A stretch of 64,000 nucleotides of DNA from an uncultured delta proteobacterium. Its GTDB lineage: Bacteria; Desulfobacterota; Syntrophobacteria; Syntrophobacterales; Syntrophobacteraceae. The notes under the pieces are model-generated. The model was given only the letters and a program-made list of their open reading frames with translations, ran no database searches and was not told the origin of the DNA. The translations under genes and the position numbers were made by a program. Of this stretch, positions 22,301 to 32,753 are shown piece by piece (position 1 is the first letter of the stretch; every line of letters begins with the position of its first letter). The stretch lies in NCBI GenBank assembly GCA_963808625.1, contig CAWEHK010000008.1, positions 96,001-160,000 on the forward strand, given 5' to 3'.

Positions 22301-25150
22301 AAAGTCGTGATACTCACAGTCGGCAAATCATCATCAAGCAGGGCAACCACCGCGGTGCTCGGAGAGCCAATATCGTAGAGTGCGCCAGGGGCGAGCGTCA
22401 GCTGGATAGTCTCCAGACCTTCATAGTCCCCATCGTCGGTGGGCGTGATGGAAATCACTGCCGAGGTAGCACCCGACGGGATCGTAACCGTTCCCGGCAG
22501 CGTCGTGTAATCGAGTCCATTCGCCGCGGTCCCGCTGATTGTGTATTCAACGGTAAGAGGAACATCTCTGGCAGTGGAGGAATAAACCGTGAATTGTCCC
22601 TTATCCACACCCGTTTCGGAGGCCGTCGCATCGGTCGCGACGATGGTCATGAGAGGTCTTGTCACCGTGATGTAGGCATTCCTGGTCAGAGTGTCGGTCC
22701 CGCCGGGTCCTCCCACGGTTAGAGCCACACTGTAGCTGCCGGGGGTAGTGTAGGTATGGCTTGGATTGCGGACCGTACTCGAATTTCCGTCTCCATAGTC
22801 CCAAGTCCAGCTGGAAATGGTCCCTTCGGAAGTGTCGGTAAACTTGACTGCCAGGGGAAACACCCCGCTGGTTGGACTGGCGCTGAAATTTGCCAGCAGG
22901 GTATTGATCTTTAATACGAAGGCGTCTGAGCCTCCGGCGTTAGAGCCCATGAATGCGCTTGCGGTGAACGGAAAGTCCAGGGATGACGTCTTCCCGGTCA
23001 CGAACACATTACCGTTGGTCCCGGTGGCAATGCCGTAGCCGAAGTCGGCTCCACTGCCCCCAAGATAGGAAGAATAACCCAGTTTGTCTCCGGCAGCATT
23101 GATCCTCACCGCAAAGGCATCCGAACTTCCTCCGCCAAAGCCCGTTTGGACCGCCTTCAGGGTGGGGAAATTCCCCGAGGTCCTGCCGGTGACGTAAATA
23201 TTACCGCTGCCGTCCAAGGCAAGACCATAACCCACGTCACTGCCGCCGCCCCCAAGAAAGGTGGAATACGACAGGGTATCGCCCTGGGGCCCGAGCTTTG
23301 TGATGAAGACATCCGCATCACCACCGCCATAGGTGCTCTGCAGAGCATTGGCGACAGGAAAGTTGGAAGAGGAGGTCTTGCCGGTCAGGTAGGCATTGAA
23401 AGCGCTGTCGACGGTTATGCCGCGACCAAAATCGGCACCACTTCCGCCCAGATAGGTAGAGTAACTCGCATAACCGGATGCACTGTCAATTTTGACGACA
23501 AATGCGTCGAGGTCCCCACCGCGATAGGTAGTTTGAAATCCACCGACAATGGGAAAGTCCGTAGAAGCGGTTTCTCCGACTACGTAGATGTTTCCGCTGC
23601 TATCCAGGGCAATCCCATAACCGGCGTCATCGTTGCTTCCCCCAATAAAAGTCGAATAAGCAATGGTATTTCCGACCGTCCCCAAGTGCACGACGAAAGC
23701 GTCAGAATATCCGCCGCCATACTTGTTCTGAAAAGCGCTCCCTACGATTGGAAAGTCGGAAGATGAAGTCTCTCCGGTGATATAAGCCTGACCATTTCGG
23801 TCTACCGCGATACCCAGGCCAAGGTCATTCTGGCTTCCCCCGAGATAGGTCGAGTAAACCAGGGCAGTCCCTGCAGCATTGAGCTTGAGCACGAAAGCAT
23901 CGGTTAAACCGACGCTGCTGAGAGCCACCGAGTAGGCGCTGACGGTGGGGAAGTTGGGGGAGGTGGTCTCACCGGTCACGTAGGCGCAGCCAGACGTATC
24001 GACAGCGATGCCGTAAGCGGCCTCGCTGTCATTGCCGCCAACGTAGGTGGAATAAATGAGGGCTGTTCCATCAGCGTTGATTTTTGTAATGAAGACGTCC
24101 GAATCCCCACCCGCATAGAAGCTGCCTGACACGGGCTTGGTCGGAAAACTTGTGGAGGAGGTCCTGCCGGTGACGTAAGCATTGCTTTGGGCGTCAACCG
24201 CAATGGCGTTGCCGGTATCGCTTCCAAGGCCACCCAGATAGGTGGAATAACTCAGCACCGGGTCGATAATGATGGGATAGTTCTTGTCATAGGCCGCCAC
24301 TTCAAAGCCAAAGACAAACTCCTGCTCCTCCCGTGAAGCGTGCTGAGGCCAGGTTTCAATCCTAAACTTTCCTTCGATGTCGAAGCGTTTTCCATTGATC
24401 TCCTGATAGACGATCGGCTTCTTATGAATGAGTGTACCGCCGTCAGGCAACTGCAGAAGCAGATCGCCCTCTTTGCTGATTTCAAGACCCGCAACGCCTT
24501 TGTAGCCGAACTTGACCGGGGAAAGATCGGCGCCGGGTTTGACGATAATGTCGTATTCGAGTCTCCGATCGGAGCCGTAAAACTTGAGATCAACTCCGGG
24601 ATAAGCTTCGGAATACAGGACCGAACGGTAAGTCGGAATATCGGTGCGCCATTTCCCGGGATCCTTTCCAATAAGGTAATTTACCTTACCCTGCTGTTGC
24701 TCCTGAGCAATGACCCTGGCACCTTTTTGAATGCCGACCGGGAAGAGTCGCACCACTGAAATTTCGGCGCTTTCCTTATGGTGTCTCGTCTTGAAATCCG
24801 CGGCGGGTCCTCTGCTGGAGTCGAACTTCGTGGATACCGGCAAGGCCGCTTGCAGCTTTTTCAAAGCTGAACACTATTTCTTCTTCCGCAAAGAAGATGG
24901 TATGTCCTGAGGCCTTTTCGTAATACTTCACCCTTTCGTCGAATTGTCCTTCATTCTTGACAAAGTACAGCGGAAGCTGGCCGTGGGTTTTGATTTGCGG
25001 TGTCTTCTCAACCTCATTGGGCATCGCCATACTCAGCCGCAGGAACACGAAAATGCAGAAAATGGCAACTGCCAGCGCCATGAGAGATCTGCATGGTGAC
25101 TGTCTTCGCAATGAATCAACCTCCAACAGGCATTTCCTGGACGCTTTCAT
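16331..25150 (-). CDS. Giant surface protein: N-terminal domain, 7 SBBP propeller repeats, PKD domain and 19 Calx-beta-like repeats (frameshifts near 24850, 17465 and 16575)
   Basis: ORFs 24776-25213, 17437-24864, 16443-17459 and 16331-16582 join into one repeat-continuous protein. Seen: PLYFVKNEGQ, 7x YSTYLGG-like, WTWDYGDG..NPSHTY, and repeats ending in I.DND/DDLP with GTATNG.DY. Confidence 0.9.
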
Positions 25151-25444
25151 TTTGCCCGTCTCCTCTGATTGTGATTTGCATGAATCGGAGCTGCCCAAAT
25201 AGACGTCTATCATAGATTGATGGATCTTAATTTCCGGGAATAGGTATCATATCTGCGGGACTTCTGTCCATCCCTGATTGAATTAAGCCGCAGGCAACAG
25301 ATTTGGTTATTGAAATATGTCTGACCCGACCTCCTGCCGGGTATTGTTCCGCAAACTCCGAGCTTCCTCTCTCCCTTATCTTTCAGAACATCATCCATAG
25401 CCCTTTACACAGCTCCGTAGAATAAAGTCACCATTATCCTCGGT

Positions 25445-25514
25445 CGTCACTCCCGCATTTGAGCGGTGGGAATCCAGAGAAAAAGCCTGGATGTCCGCCT
25501 TCGCGGGTATGACG
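25445..25514. repeat. GTCATTCCCG...GGGAATCC palindromic element, copy 2
   Basis: CGTCACTCCCGC...GGGAATCCAG...CTGGATGTCC...GCGGGTATGACG. Confidence 0.8.
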
Positions 25515-25589
25515 CGAGGAGACCGGACAATCATTTACGCGGCACGGTAATCATTGTGCTTGAAAGTGATGGAAAGGTGGTTTCCGTCT

Positions 25590-26234
25590 TTACTTCTTTG
25601 GATATCCCACCGACTGGGCAAGGATGATCTTTTGCTCCGGCTTTAATTTCATCTCTTTTGCCAGGGCGTCGCGGTCGATATTCGCCCGCACCACCGTTGC
25701 CAGGCCTTCCGATGCGCAGTAGAGGTAGACATTCTGGCCGATGAAGCCGGTGTCGGCGCCCACCAGAAGGTTCTGGTCCGTTCCCCCACCGCTGACTTTG
25801 GAATAATCGGCCACATACACGAGATTGACCGCGGCATCCTTGACATAAGCCTGACCGCCGGTCATGGCCCGGACGTCCTTCGTCAAAATCGGGCTCAGCG
25901 TATTCTTCTGGGCGTCCCAAAGGAAAAGGCCGTCAGGCGTTGCGACATAGATATCAATCTCCTGCCAGTTTTTTGCCGATGGGGCGGTTCTCCTGCCGTC
26001 CGGTCGATTGATGCCAAAGGCCGCCCAGAGGAGATTCGAAAGGGTTTGCGGCGAAAGCTTTTCGTCGCTGAACGAGCGGTTGGTCATGCGCTCCTTCAAG
26101 GCCTGCATCAGGGGTTTTCCCCCTTCCATCCGGGGGCTTGGAAGTTGAATGGGATCAGCGGCATAGCTGGGCAGGGTGCAAAGAGAAACAACCGCCACGA
26201 CGAGGCTGACGCATACCATTGACTTCACCTTCAT
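25590..26234 (-). CDS. Nitroreductase-family (SagB/ThcOx-like) protein with signal peptide
   Basis: LMQALKER..RSF, LSNLLWAA.GINR..RRTAPSA, and GQNVYLYCASEGL. Sec-type signal ending PSYA. Confidence 0.9.
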   Translation of the reverse strand: MKVKSMVCVSLVVAVVSLCTLPSYAADPIQLPSPRMEGGKPLMQALKERMTNRSFSDEKLSPQTLSNLLWAAFGINRPDGRRTAPSAKNWQEIDIYVATPDGLFLWDAQKNTLSPILTKDVRAMTGGQAYVKDAAVNLVYVADYSKVSGGGTDQNLLVGADTGFIGQNVYLYCASEGLATVVRANIDRDALAKEMKLKPEQKIILAQSVGYPKK

Positions 26235-26466
26235 GGGAGTCCTCCGATCACTAAATCATGAAAAGTCTTGGAGCCGGAATCATCTACTTGCCGCAGAAGC
26301 GGGCCTTCTCCTCCACGTGCTTCTTAAGCAATGCAACGGAGTCGACTATGCGCAGGGAACGGCCGATCCGGATGCCACACACCTCCCGCACGATCAGCCG
26401 ACGCACCGCAGCACCCTCTCCGCTGCAGGCCCCGAACTGCACCCTGGCGATCATCTCCATCCGGGC

Positions 26467-27480
26467 TCAGGGCACGTAGTCGTCACCCAGGGGATAGAAG
26501 TTGGCGTAAACTTTACCCGTGTAATCTTTTACCTGGCACCGCAACTGTTTAGTATTCAGATGCCAGCCACAGACAATCATCTCTTGTGTCTTCGCGTTGT
26601 TGTCGTAATTATCCCGATCCCAGCCATCCACATAGTATTCAGGTCCAAGGAAGGAAATGGTTCGAATCAGGCCGCCGTTATTGAGCCGCCTCATCTCGCA
26701 TACGAACTGGCCGGTAAGGCGACTGCGAGCACAGGTGGTCAGCTCGGTTCTGTTGTTCCCATCCATGTCGGTGAAATTGGGGTATAGCGACACCTCATAC
26801 GTACGATCCAGCATCTTGATGGTCACCAGTTCCTTATCTTTGAAGGGGTTTACGAGGCGAAAATAGGCCTGTTGCGTGGCGGCATCGACATAGGTAAAAC
26901 CAAATTCGGGCGTGGTGGAGTCATCGTCGGTATCAAACCCATATCCCATGAACCAATCGAATCCGGCATACGGGTCTGCACCAGGGAGAACAGCCAGGAA
27001 CTGGCCCTTGAGAGTTCCGGTGGCCATGTCAAAATACTGGCACTCTAAAGCATCGTCTGCAAGCCTTACCCCGCAACCAACAAGGTAACGTTGAGACTCT
27101 GCAAACCATACGTCCTGCATGTACAATCCGGTATCGTATGCTGGCGTAAGCACATCAAACCTATAAAGAGATGCTTTTCCGTGGACATTCTGGACCCGGC
27201 AGGAAACCTGGCCCGTCTTCTGGTCTTCACCGCACGTCATCACATCATTGTAACTGTCACCATTGGTGTTGATATAAAAATTGAAGCGGGGCTCGTACCG
27301 TTTGACATTGGCAGCAAAGGTTTCCAACCCACGATGCTTTGCGTAATGGACCACCTTTTTCCCCGCTTCGAGCCTGGTGGCCTGGACCTCCAGCCGGGCC
27401 CAGCCGGGCGCCGCCCAAGCCAGGCAAACAAGGCAGGCAAGCGGCAGGAGAAGAACGCTTTGTTTCCATCGTATCATCAT
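26467..27480 (-). CDS. Secreted hypothetical protein with FG-GAP/DxDGxG-like and paired-Cys repeats (paralog A)
   Basis: Signal peptide (LACLVCLAWAAPGWA) and repeated D-x-D-G...E...C-x10-C units. Colinear with the adjacent paralog. Confidence 0.75.
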   Translation of the reverse strand: MMIRWKQSVLLLPLACLVCLAWAAPGWARLEVQATRLEAGKKVVHYAKHRGLETFAANVKRYEPRFNFYINTNGDSYNDVMTCGEDQKTGQVSCRVQNVHGKASLYRFDVLTPAYDTGLYMQDVWFAESQRYLVGCGVRLADDALECQYFDMATGTLKGQFLAVLPGADPYAGFDWFMGYGFDTDDDSTTPEFGFTYVDAATQQAYFRLVNPFKDKELVTIKMLDRTYEVSLYPNFTDMDGNNRTELTTCARSRLTGQFVCEMRRLNNGGLIRTISFLGPEYYVDGWDRDNYDNNAKTQEMIVCGWHLNTKQLRCQVKDYTGKVYANFYPLGDDYVP

Positions 27481-27580
27481 GACAATTCCTTTCTTTGCTC
27501 ATCTGTACTGAAGGGTTCGCGAGCTTCTATGGCAATCTTCTTTTTATTTTGCCCTCTTGAGGCTGATGGTGCCAAGGACC

Positions 27581-28594
27581 TCAAGGGACAAAATGATTAC
27601 CCAGGGGGAGGAAGCTGGTGTAAATCTTCCCGTCATTCTTCCTGACCTCGCATTTCAACTGCTTGGTACCGAGATGCCAACCGCAGGCGATTATTTCCAC
27701 GCTATTGGAATTGTTATCATAATTTAAAAAAGAAACGGAATTTACAGAATGCTTGGGTGTCAGCAGGGGAATAGTCTTCAACAACTTGCCGTTCGTCATC
27801 TTTCTGATCTCACAGGCATACTGGCCGGTGACGCGGTTGCGTCCGCAGCCGACGATCTCTTTTACGCCGTCGCCATCCATGTCGTACTGGTTAGTGCTGC
27901 CTGGATTAAACGCGTAATTGGGATTCATAACCTTTGTCTCCATCATTTTGACGCCGGTCAACGGATTGACGACCCGGAAATAGACCTGCTCAGTGGCGGC
28001 TTTGCGATAAGCGAAGCCCCACTCGGGCGTGGTCGAGTTACCGTCGGTGTCAAGGTTGTACCGATAGAGACTAAAACCTGAATTGACATCCATTCCCGGA
28101 GGGACGACCAGAAAATGCCCCTGAAGAACGCCGGTGGAAAAATCAAACAACTGGCATTCCGAGGCGTTGTCCGCCAGCCTTCTGCCGCAGGCGTAAGCAT
28201 AGAGAGGCAAACCTGGGAATTCCACATGATCGACCCACTTCACGATCTCATAATCAGCATTCAAGACATCAAAGGAACAGATCTCCGCCTTGCCGCGAAT
28301 ATCCTTGACCTGGCATGATACCTGACCATTTGTCTGGTTTTCTCCACACACGATCAAATCATTGCGTCCGTCACCAGAGACGTCCGGATAAAACGAGAAA
28401 TCCGGAGAATACCGCTTTACCACACCAACATGACCGTCGGCCGCAGCGCGCAGGTCGAAGTGAAGAACTTTTTGATCTGTTTCATCCTCGACGACCGCAA
28501 CCTTCGGCTGCGCCCAGCCTGCTCCCGCCCAGGCCAGGCAAAGGATGGCTGCCACCAAGGTGAGAAAACGAACACTCCTGTTTGCCTTATTCAT
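27581..28594 (-). CDS. Secreted hypothetical protein with FG-GAP/DxDGxG-like and paired-Cys repeats (paralog B)
   Basis: ATG at 28594 behind AAGGAGG, signal peptide, and DVSGDGRNDLIVC / DMDGDGVKEIVGC motifs. Confidence 0.75.
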   Translation of the reverse strand: MNKANRSVRFLTLVAAILCLAWAGAGWAQPKVAVVEDETDQKVLHFDLRAAADGHVGVVKRYSPDFSFYPDVSGDGRNDLIVCGENQTNGQVSCQVKDIRGKAEICSFDVLNADYEIVKWVDHVEFPGLPLYAYACGRRLADNASECQLFDFSTGVLQGHFLVVPPGMDVNSGFSLYRYNLDTDGNSTTPEWGFAYRKAATEQVYFRVVNPLTGVKMMETKVMNPNYAFNPGSTNQYDMDGDGVKEIVGCGRNRVTGQYACEIRKMTNGKLLKTIPLLTPKHSVNSVSFLNYDNNSNSVEIIACGWHLGTKQLKCEVRKNDGKIYTSFLPLGNHFVP

Positions 28595-28754
28595 ACCGAA
28601 TGCCTCCTTTCTGACAAGCAAGCCTAAATACCCCATGCCATCTCCGTCCCGATCCCATGTCACCTCCTTTTCCATGGAAAGCGGGCTGTCACGCCCGGAA
28701 AAACGCTGAGGCGCAAGCGGGCGCCACCTTTATATCAGAGAAGCGCCACCACTA

Positions 28755-28887
28755 AGAGTCTGTCTCAGAAATCCCCTGCATCGATGGGAGGGACCGGGGG
28801 AGAGTAAAGGTACGCTTTGAACTGCCCTCCCATCCAGCTTCCCCCATGAAGCGTGAGGAGATGCAAGGAATCTTGAGATAGTTACTC
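28755..28887. repeat. Degenerate palindromic MITE/REP-like element
   Basis: Imperfect terminal inverted repeats (CTGTCTCA / TGAGATAG) and internal GATGGGAGGG / CCCTCCCATC arms. Confidence 0.5.
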
Positions 28888-29154
28888 AATGACCGGGGCA
28901 ATGGAACCGGAGAAGGCACGGCATGCTTCGGGGCAAAATCGCTGGATGAGGACAATGGGAACACTGGCACGGTCGTGTGAACCAGGAGAAGCGGCGGCTT
29001 TCAGCAAAGCACTGAGTGATCGGGCGACTCCATTGGCGCTGCCCTCGGTTTAAAACACCTCAACACAGACTTACTGAAATTATCGTGGATGAAAGAACGA
29101 TAGTCAAAGGAAAACCCGATTAGTGCCGAGCTTCAGCCATGAATGCAATCAACC

Positions 29155-29238
29155 GTCATTCCCGAAAGCTTCTGTCGGGAATCCAGGTTTTGAGCGTTTG
29201 AAAGCTGGATTCCCGCCCAAAAACCCTGCGGGAATGAC
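29155..29238. repeat. GTCATTCCCG...GGGAATCC palindromic element, copy 3
   Basis: GTCATTCCCG...CGGGAATCCAG...CTGGATTCCCG...CGGGAATGAC. Confidence 0.85.
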
Positions 29239-29640
29239 AGAATTGAGGGGTTTGGCTTCGGCATAAACCAGCCTTGGGTTCGCCTGGCTGAACAATAGCG
29301 CTAATCGGCAAGGAAAATGGCGAGCCGGGTGTGATCAGAAATAGGAGTTGGAAAACGCACGTGGTAATGGCGAAGGATGAGAGTGTATTGCCGATCCAGG
29401 TGCTTCCTGAGCTCAATCAACTGAATGATCGCCGTGATCAATTCTGGAAAAGCCGGCACGAAGGACGTTTTCGAAAAAATCATCGGGCTGCCACCATCCA
29501 TGCTATATGGTTTTTAGCGACACGGAGAGGAGGACCATGGCATGCAAAGGATTCTTGAGGTCATTACAACCCGTCCGCTGCTTAATGGCTTTTCGCATAT
29601 CTTTTGATCCGCCGGTCCCATCCCATTACGGAGATGCCTC

Positions 29641-30843
29641 ATGCCCTTCGAAAAGCGCCTGTTTCATCTTCAACAAGCCCTCCGGGACCGTGACTTAACC
29701 GGAGCCATCCTGTTTTATTCCCGAGACATCTATTACTACACGGGTACGGCTCAGCCTTCTTCCCTGGTCGTGCTGCCGGATGATTACCGGTTGTTTGTGC
29801 GCAGAGGGTATGAATTCGCACGCCGCGAGTCCGGTTTGGAAGCCGGGCGCATCGTCCCGGAAGGCAGCATCAAGGCCATTTGCCAACGGATGTTCCCCGG
29901 CACTGGTGGCGGCAGGAAGGTGGGGACCGAACTGGATGTGCTTACCGTGGCGCAATCTCACAGTATGCTTCGAGCCTTGGGAGATCGAGAACTGGTGGAT
30001 GTTTCCGGCATCATCTTGGAACAGCGCATGATCAAAGACGCGGGGGAAATTGAGAGCGTTAGAAAAGCTTGCTATGCCCTTCATGGCGGCCATTTGGCGG
30101 TGGTCTCATGCCTCCGGGCGGGTATGACCGAACTGGAGTTGGCCGCCCATGTCGAGAATGCTCACCGTTTGGCCGGACATGAAGGTGTTTTCTTTATACG
30201 AGTGCCCGATTTTGTGATGAGCCGAGGTCCCCTGGCTTCAGGACCGAATCTGCGTGAGACAAGCGGCACCGTTTACACGATTACCGGCATGGGATTGAGC
30301 AGTGCGGTACCGGCCGGCCCATCCCGCCGCGTAATGGAGCGCGGGGACCTGGTGCTGGTAGATATCCCCGTCTGTGTCGAGGGCTACCATGGTGACCAGA
30401 GTCGGACCTACGCGGTGGGCCAGATGCCGGAAGGAGCCGAGGACCTGTTTTGCCGTCTGCGGGATGTGGCGGATTCTTTAGTCAAGAACATCTCGCCCGG
30501 CATGAAAACGGGCGAAGCCTTCGCTCTGGCCGAGGCCCGTGCCACCGAACTCGGCATCGGGGATTTTTTCATGGCTTTCGAGTCCCGGGCAAAGGCGCAT
30601 TTCGTAGGACACGGCATCGGCCTGGAAGTCAACGAACCTCCTCTTCTGGTTCGGAATGGCGAGGTGGTGCTCAAGGCCGGGATGGTGCTGGCGCTTGAAA
30701 TGCACGTCATGGTTCCCGGCGGCTTGACCATCAAGCTCGAAGACATGGTGCACCTTACGGAAAAGGGGATTGAGCTGCTCACTATCAGTCCCCGGGAACT
30801 CACCCTGGTAACCGCAGAAACAATTTTAAGCCCTCATAATTAG
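29641..30843 (+). CDS. Xaa-Pro peptidase (M24) family protein
   Basis: Creatinase-like N-terminus, RMIKDAGEI, VLVD...GYHGDQSRT, GHGIGLEVNEPP, LALE and KLED metal ligands. Confidence 0.9.
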   Translation: MPFEKRLFHLQQALRDRDLTGAILFYSRDIYYYTGTAQPSSLVVLPDDYRLFVRRGYEFARRESGLEAGRIVPEGSIKAICQRMFPGTGGGRKVGTELDVLTVAQSHSMLRALGDRELVDVSGIILEQRMIKDAGEIESVRKACYALHGGHLAVVSCLRAGMTELELAAHVENAHRLAGHEGVFFIRVPDFVMSRGPLASGPNLRETSGTVYTITGMGLSSAVPAGPSRRVMERGDLVLVDIPVCVEGYHGDQSRTYAVGQMPEGAEDLFCRLRDVADSLVKNISPGMKTGEAFALAEARATELGIGDFFMAFESRAKAHFVGHGIGLEVNEPPLLVRNGEVVLKAGMVLALEMHVMVPGGLTIKLEDMVHLTEKGIELLTISPRELTLVTAETILSPHN

Positions 30844-31035
30844 AAGACGCGCGCCAAAGGCGTCGACAGCTGCAATCACACCAACCTGAGGCGGAACAGC
30901 GGATGGGATAAGTCTTGAGCCTACTGCCTTTTTACAGCTTCGTCGATCGCCCCGGTTCTCTCCTCGCCCTGTTGCCGCGCTGTGCGAGCTTTGTCGACAG
31001 GCTTCTTGCCATATTCCTCTTTCAACCCTTTTTTG

Positions 31036-31117
31036 AACCACGAAGAACATGAAGAGCTCGAAGAGCATGAAGAAATCACTTCGTGTCCTTCGTGTTCTTC
31101 GTGGTAAAAGAAGGCCT
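31036..31117. repeat. AACCACGAAGAAC...GTTCTTCGTGGT hairpin element with 9-mer units, copy 1 of 2
   Basis: Inverted arms built from (C/T)GAAGA(A/G)CA 9-mers. Shares GAAGAAATCACTTCGTGT and the tail GTAAAAGAAGGCCT with 56947-57008. Confidence 0.85.
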
Positions 31118-31338
31118 TCTATTTTTGACGCCCACTTACCGAACCGAAAAGGTTCCCAAATGTCATTTTGACCCCGTTGCGGAGACGCGGAGAGGGAGCG
31201 AGACGGGGGATGGAAAGACCTGGGGCGTCAGGTGCGGCAATAGGAAAAGGCGCCATGAACTTTCAGTGGGAACACTCCGCAAGCTTATCAGACCAAAAGA
31301 ACCAAAGTGTCAGCGGCGGCAAAGACCGGTGGAATTGA

Positions 31339-32604
31339 TCAGATCTTGATCCCGGCTTTTCGAATAAAGAGATCGACCACGATCCCGATGCCGAATGCCC
31401 ACGCCATATTTGGCACCGCCAGGGAAATGCCGCTGATCAAGAGCGCCACGAAGTATTCTTCATTGGTCTTGAGGCTCCTTATCAAAGGGCAGAGCTCAAG
31501 GCCGGCGAAGATGAGCAGCACTCCCAGAACGGCGTTGGGGATGAGGGCAAGGACCCTGAAGCCGAGTTCTCCGAAGGCCAGCGCCATGACCACGAAAAGC
31601 GCACCGATCATCACCGGCGCCCCGCCGGTCCGGGCGCCAAACCGGTAGTGAGCCGCCAGCCCGCCGGTGCCGTGGCACATGGGGACCGCTCCGAAAAAAC
31701 CCGCCGGCAAATTGGCTATCCCCATGGTCAGCGCAAATCTTCCGGCATTGGTTTTGGCCAGGAGCGGGTTATCGGGAAACAAAGTAGAGCAGGTGTCCGC
31801 GGTCCCTACACAAGCATTGCCGATGGTCAGTGGAATCTGAGGGAGGATGAGCATGATGAACGCGATCCAGAAATCGTGTAGCGTTGGCGACACGATACGG
31901 ACCTCGGTGGGGCCGAAAGCAAAGCGCAGCCCATCCTGACCGCCCAGGGCCAGGCCGGCTGCAATCCCCACGGCCACCGCAGCGAGGGCGGCAGGGAGCT
32001 TCTTGTTGTCGAGCAGGGCCAGCACCATGGTGAAAACGACCAGCCCCAGGATGAGATTGATCTGGTATTCGGTGAACCTTCCTGCGGCCCCCGAAAGGAA
32101 GAGATTCTTGTCAACAATCAGTTCTATCCCTTTTCTCAGGAAGACCAATCCGAGAGCGAGCTGGATCCCGCGAACAACCGGCTGGGTGAAGAGCTTGGCA
32201 AGCGTATCCACCATCCGGGTAACGGAGAGGATGAGGAGAATGGCACCGAAAATGATACCCGACGCGCCAATGACCGGTTCGGTAATCTGGGCCGGATAGG
32301 CAATGGCAATGGCTCCTACCGCCTTGAGCGGCTGCACGGGCACGGGCAGACGGTAGTATAGACCGGTAATCAGATAAAATAGCCCGAAGGAGAGGAAGAC
32401 GGTCGTCGGGCTCAACTTGTTGATGAGGATCATGCCCACCACGATGGGAAGCAGCGTGCCCAAATCTCCGAAAGAACCGGCCAGCTCCACCCGATCAAAG
32501 CGGAGGCCGTTAACCATCGCCGGGTCCGGTGGTTCGACGACAGCACCATCCGCAGGCTTCGCAGCTGTTTCGACTCCAACCACTGCTCCCACCGTTTTGT
32601 CCAT
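31339..32604 (-). CDS. Putative molybdate/sulfate transporter (MOT1 family)
   Basis: ELAGSFGDLGTLLP, PVPVQPLKA, VVRGIQLALGL and PMCHGTGGLAAHYRFGARTGG motifs. Confidence 0.9.
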   Translation of the reverse strand: MDKTVGAVVGVETAAKPADGAVVEPPDPAMVNGLRFDRVELAGSFGDLGTLLPIVVGMILINKLSPTTVFLSFGLFYLITGLYYRLPVPVQPLKAVGAIAIAYPAQITEPVIGASGIIFGAILLILSVTRMVDTLAKLFTQPVVRGIQLALGLVFLRKGIELIVDKNLFLSGAAGRFTEYQINLILGLVVFTMVLALLDNKKLPAALAAVAVGIAAGLALGGQDGLRFAFGPTEVRIVSPTLHDFWIAFIMLILPQIPLTIGNACVGTADTCSTLFPDNPLLAKTNAGRFALTMGIANLPAGFFGAVPMCHGTGGLAAHYRFGARTGGAPVMIGALFVVMALAFGELGFRVLALIPNAVLGVLLIFAGLELCPLIRSLKTNEEYFVALLISGISLAVPNMAWAFGIGIVVDLFIRKAGIKI

Positions 32605-32649
32605 GAGGCGCCTCCCCTTATGAAAATGCGGAACATTCCCATTCTCTTG

Positions 32650-32720
32650 TTGACAGGCTTATATAACACGAATAATCTAATATTCGTGTTACTTGTATCG
32701 CCTGATTATGAAGATGTCAA
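32650..32720. promoter_or_regulatory. Divergent promoter region with perfect 11-6-11 palindrome TAACACGAATA-ATCTAA-TATTCGTGTTA (32664-32691), probable TunR-type operator
   Basis: Palindrome read directly. TTGACA at 32650-32655 is followed after 17 nt by TAATCT on the + strand, and there is a TTGACA on the - strand at 32715-32720. Confidence 0.75.
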
Positions 32721-32753
32721 GAGACTTTTCGCGAGAATTGGAGGCTACTTTCC

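Noticed and set aside
26284..26460. 58 aa minus-strand ORF (MEMIARVQ...KARFCGK)
   Set aside because: It is co-oriented with its neighbours but has no clear RBS or recognisable motif, so I cannot support it.
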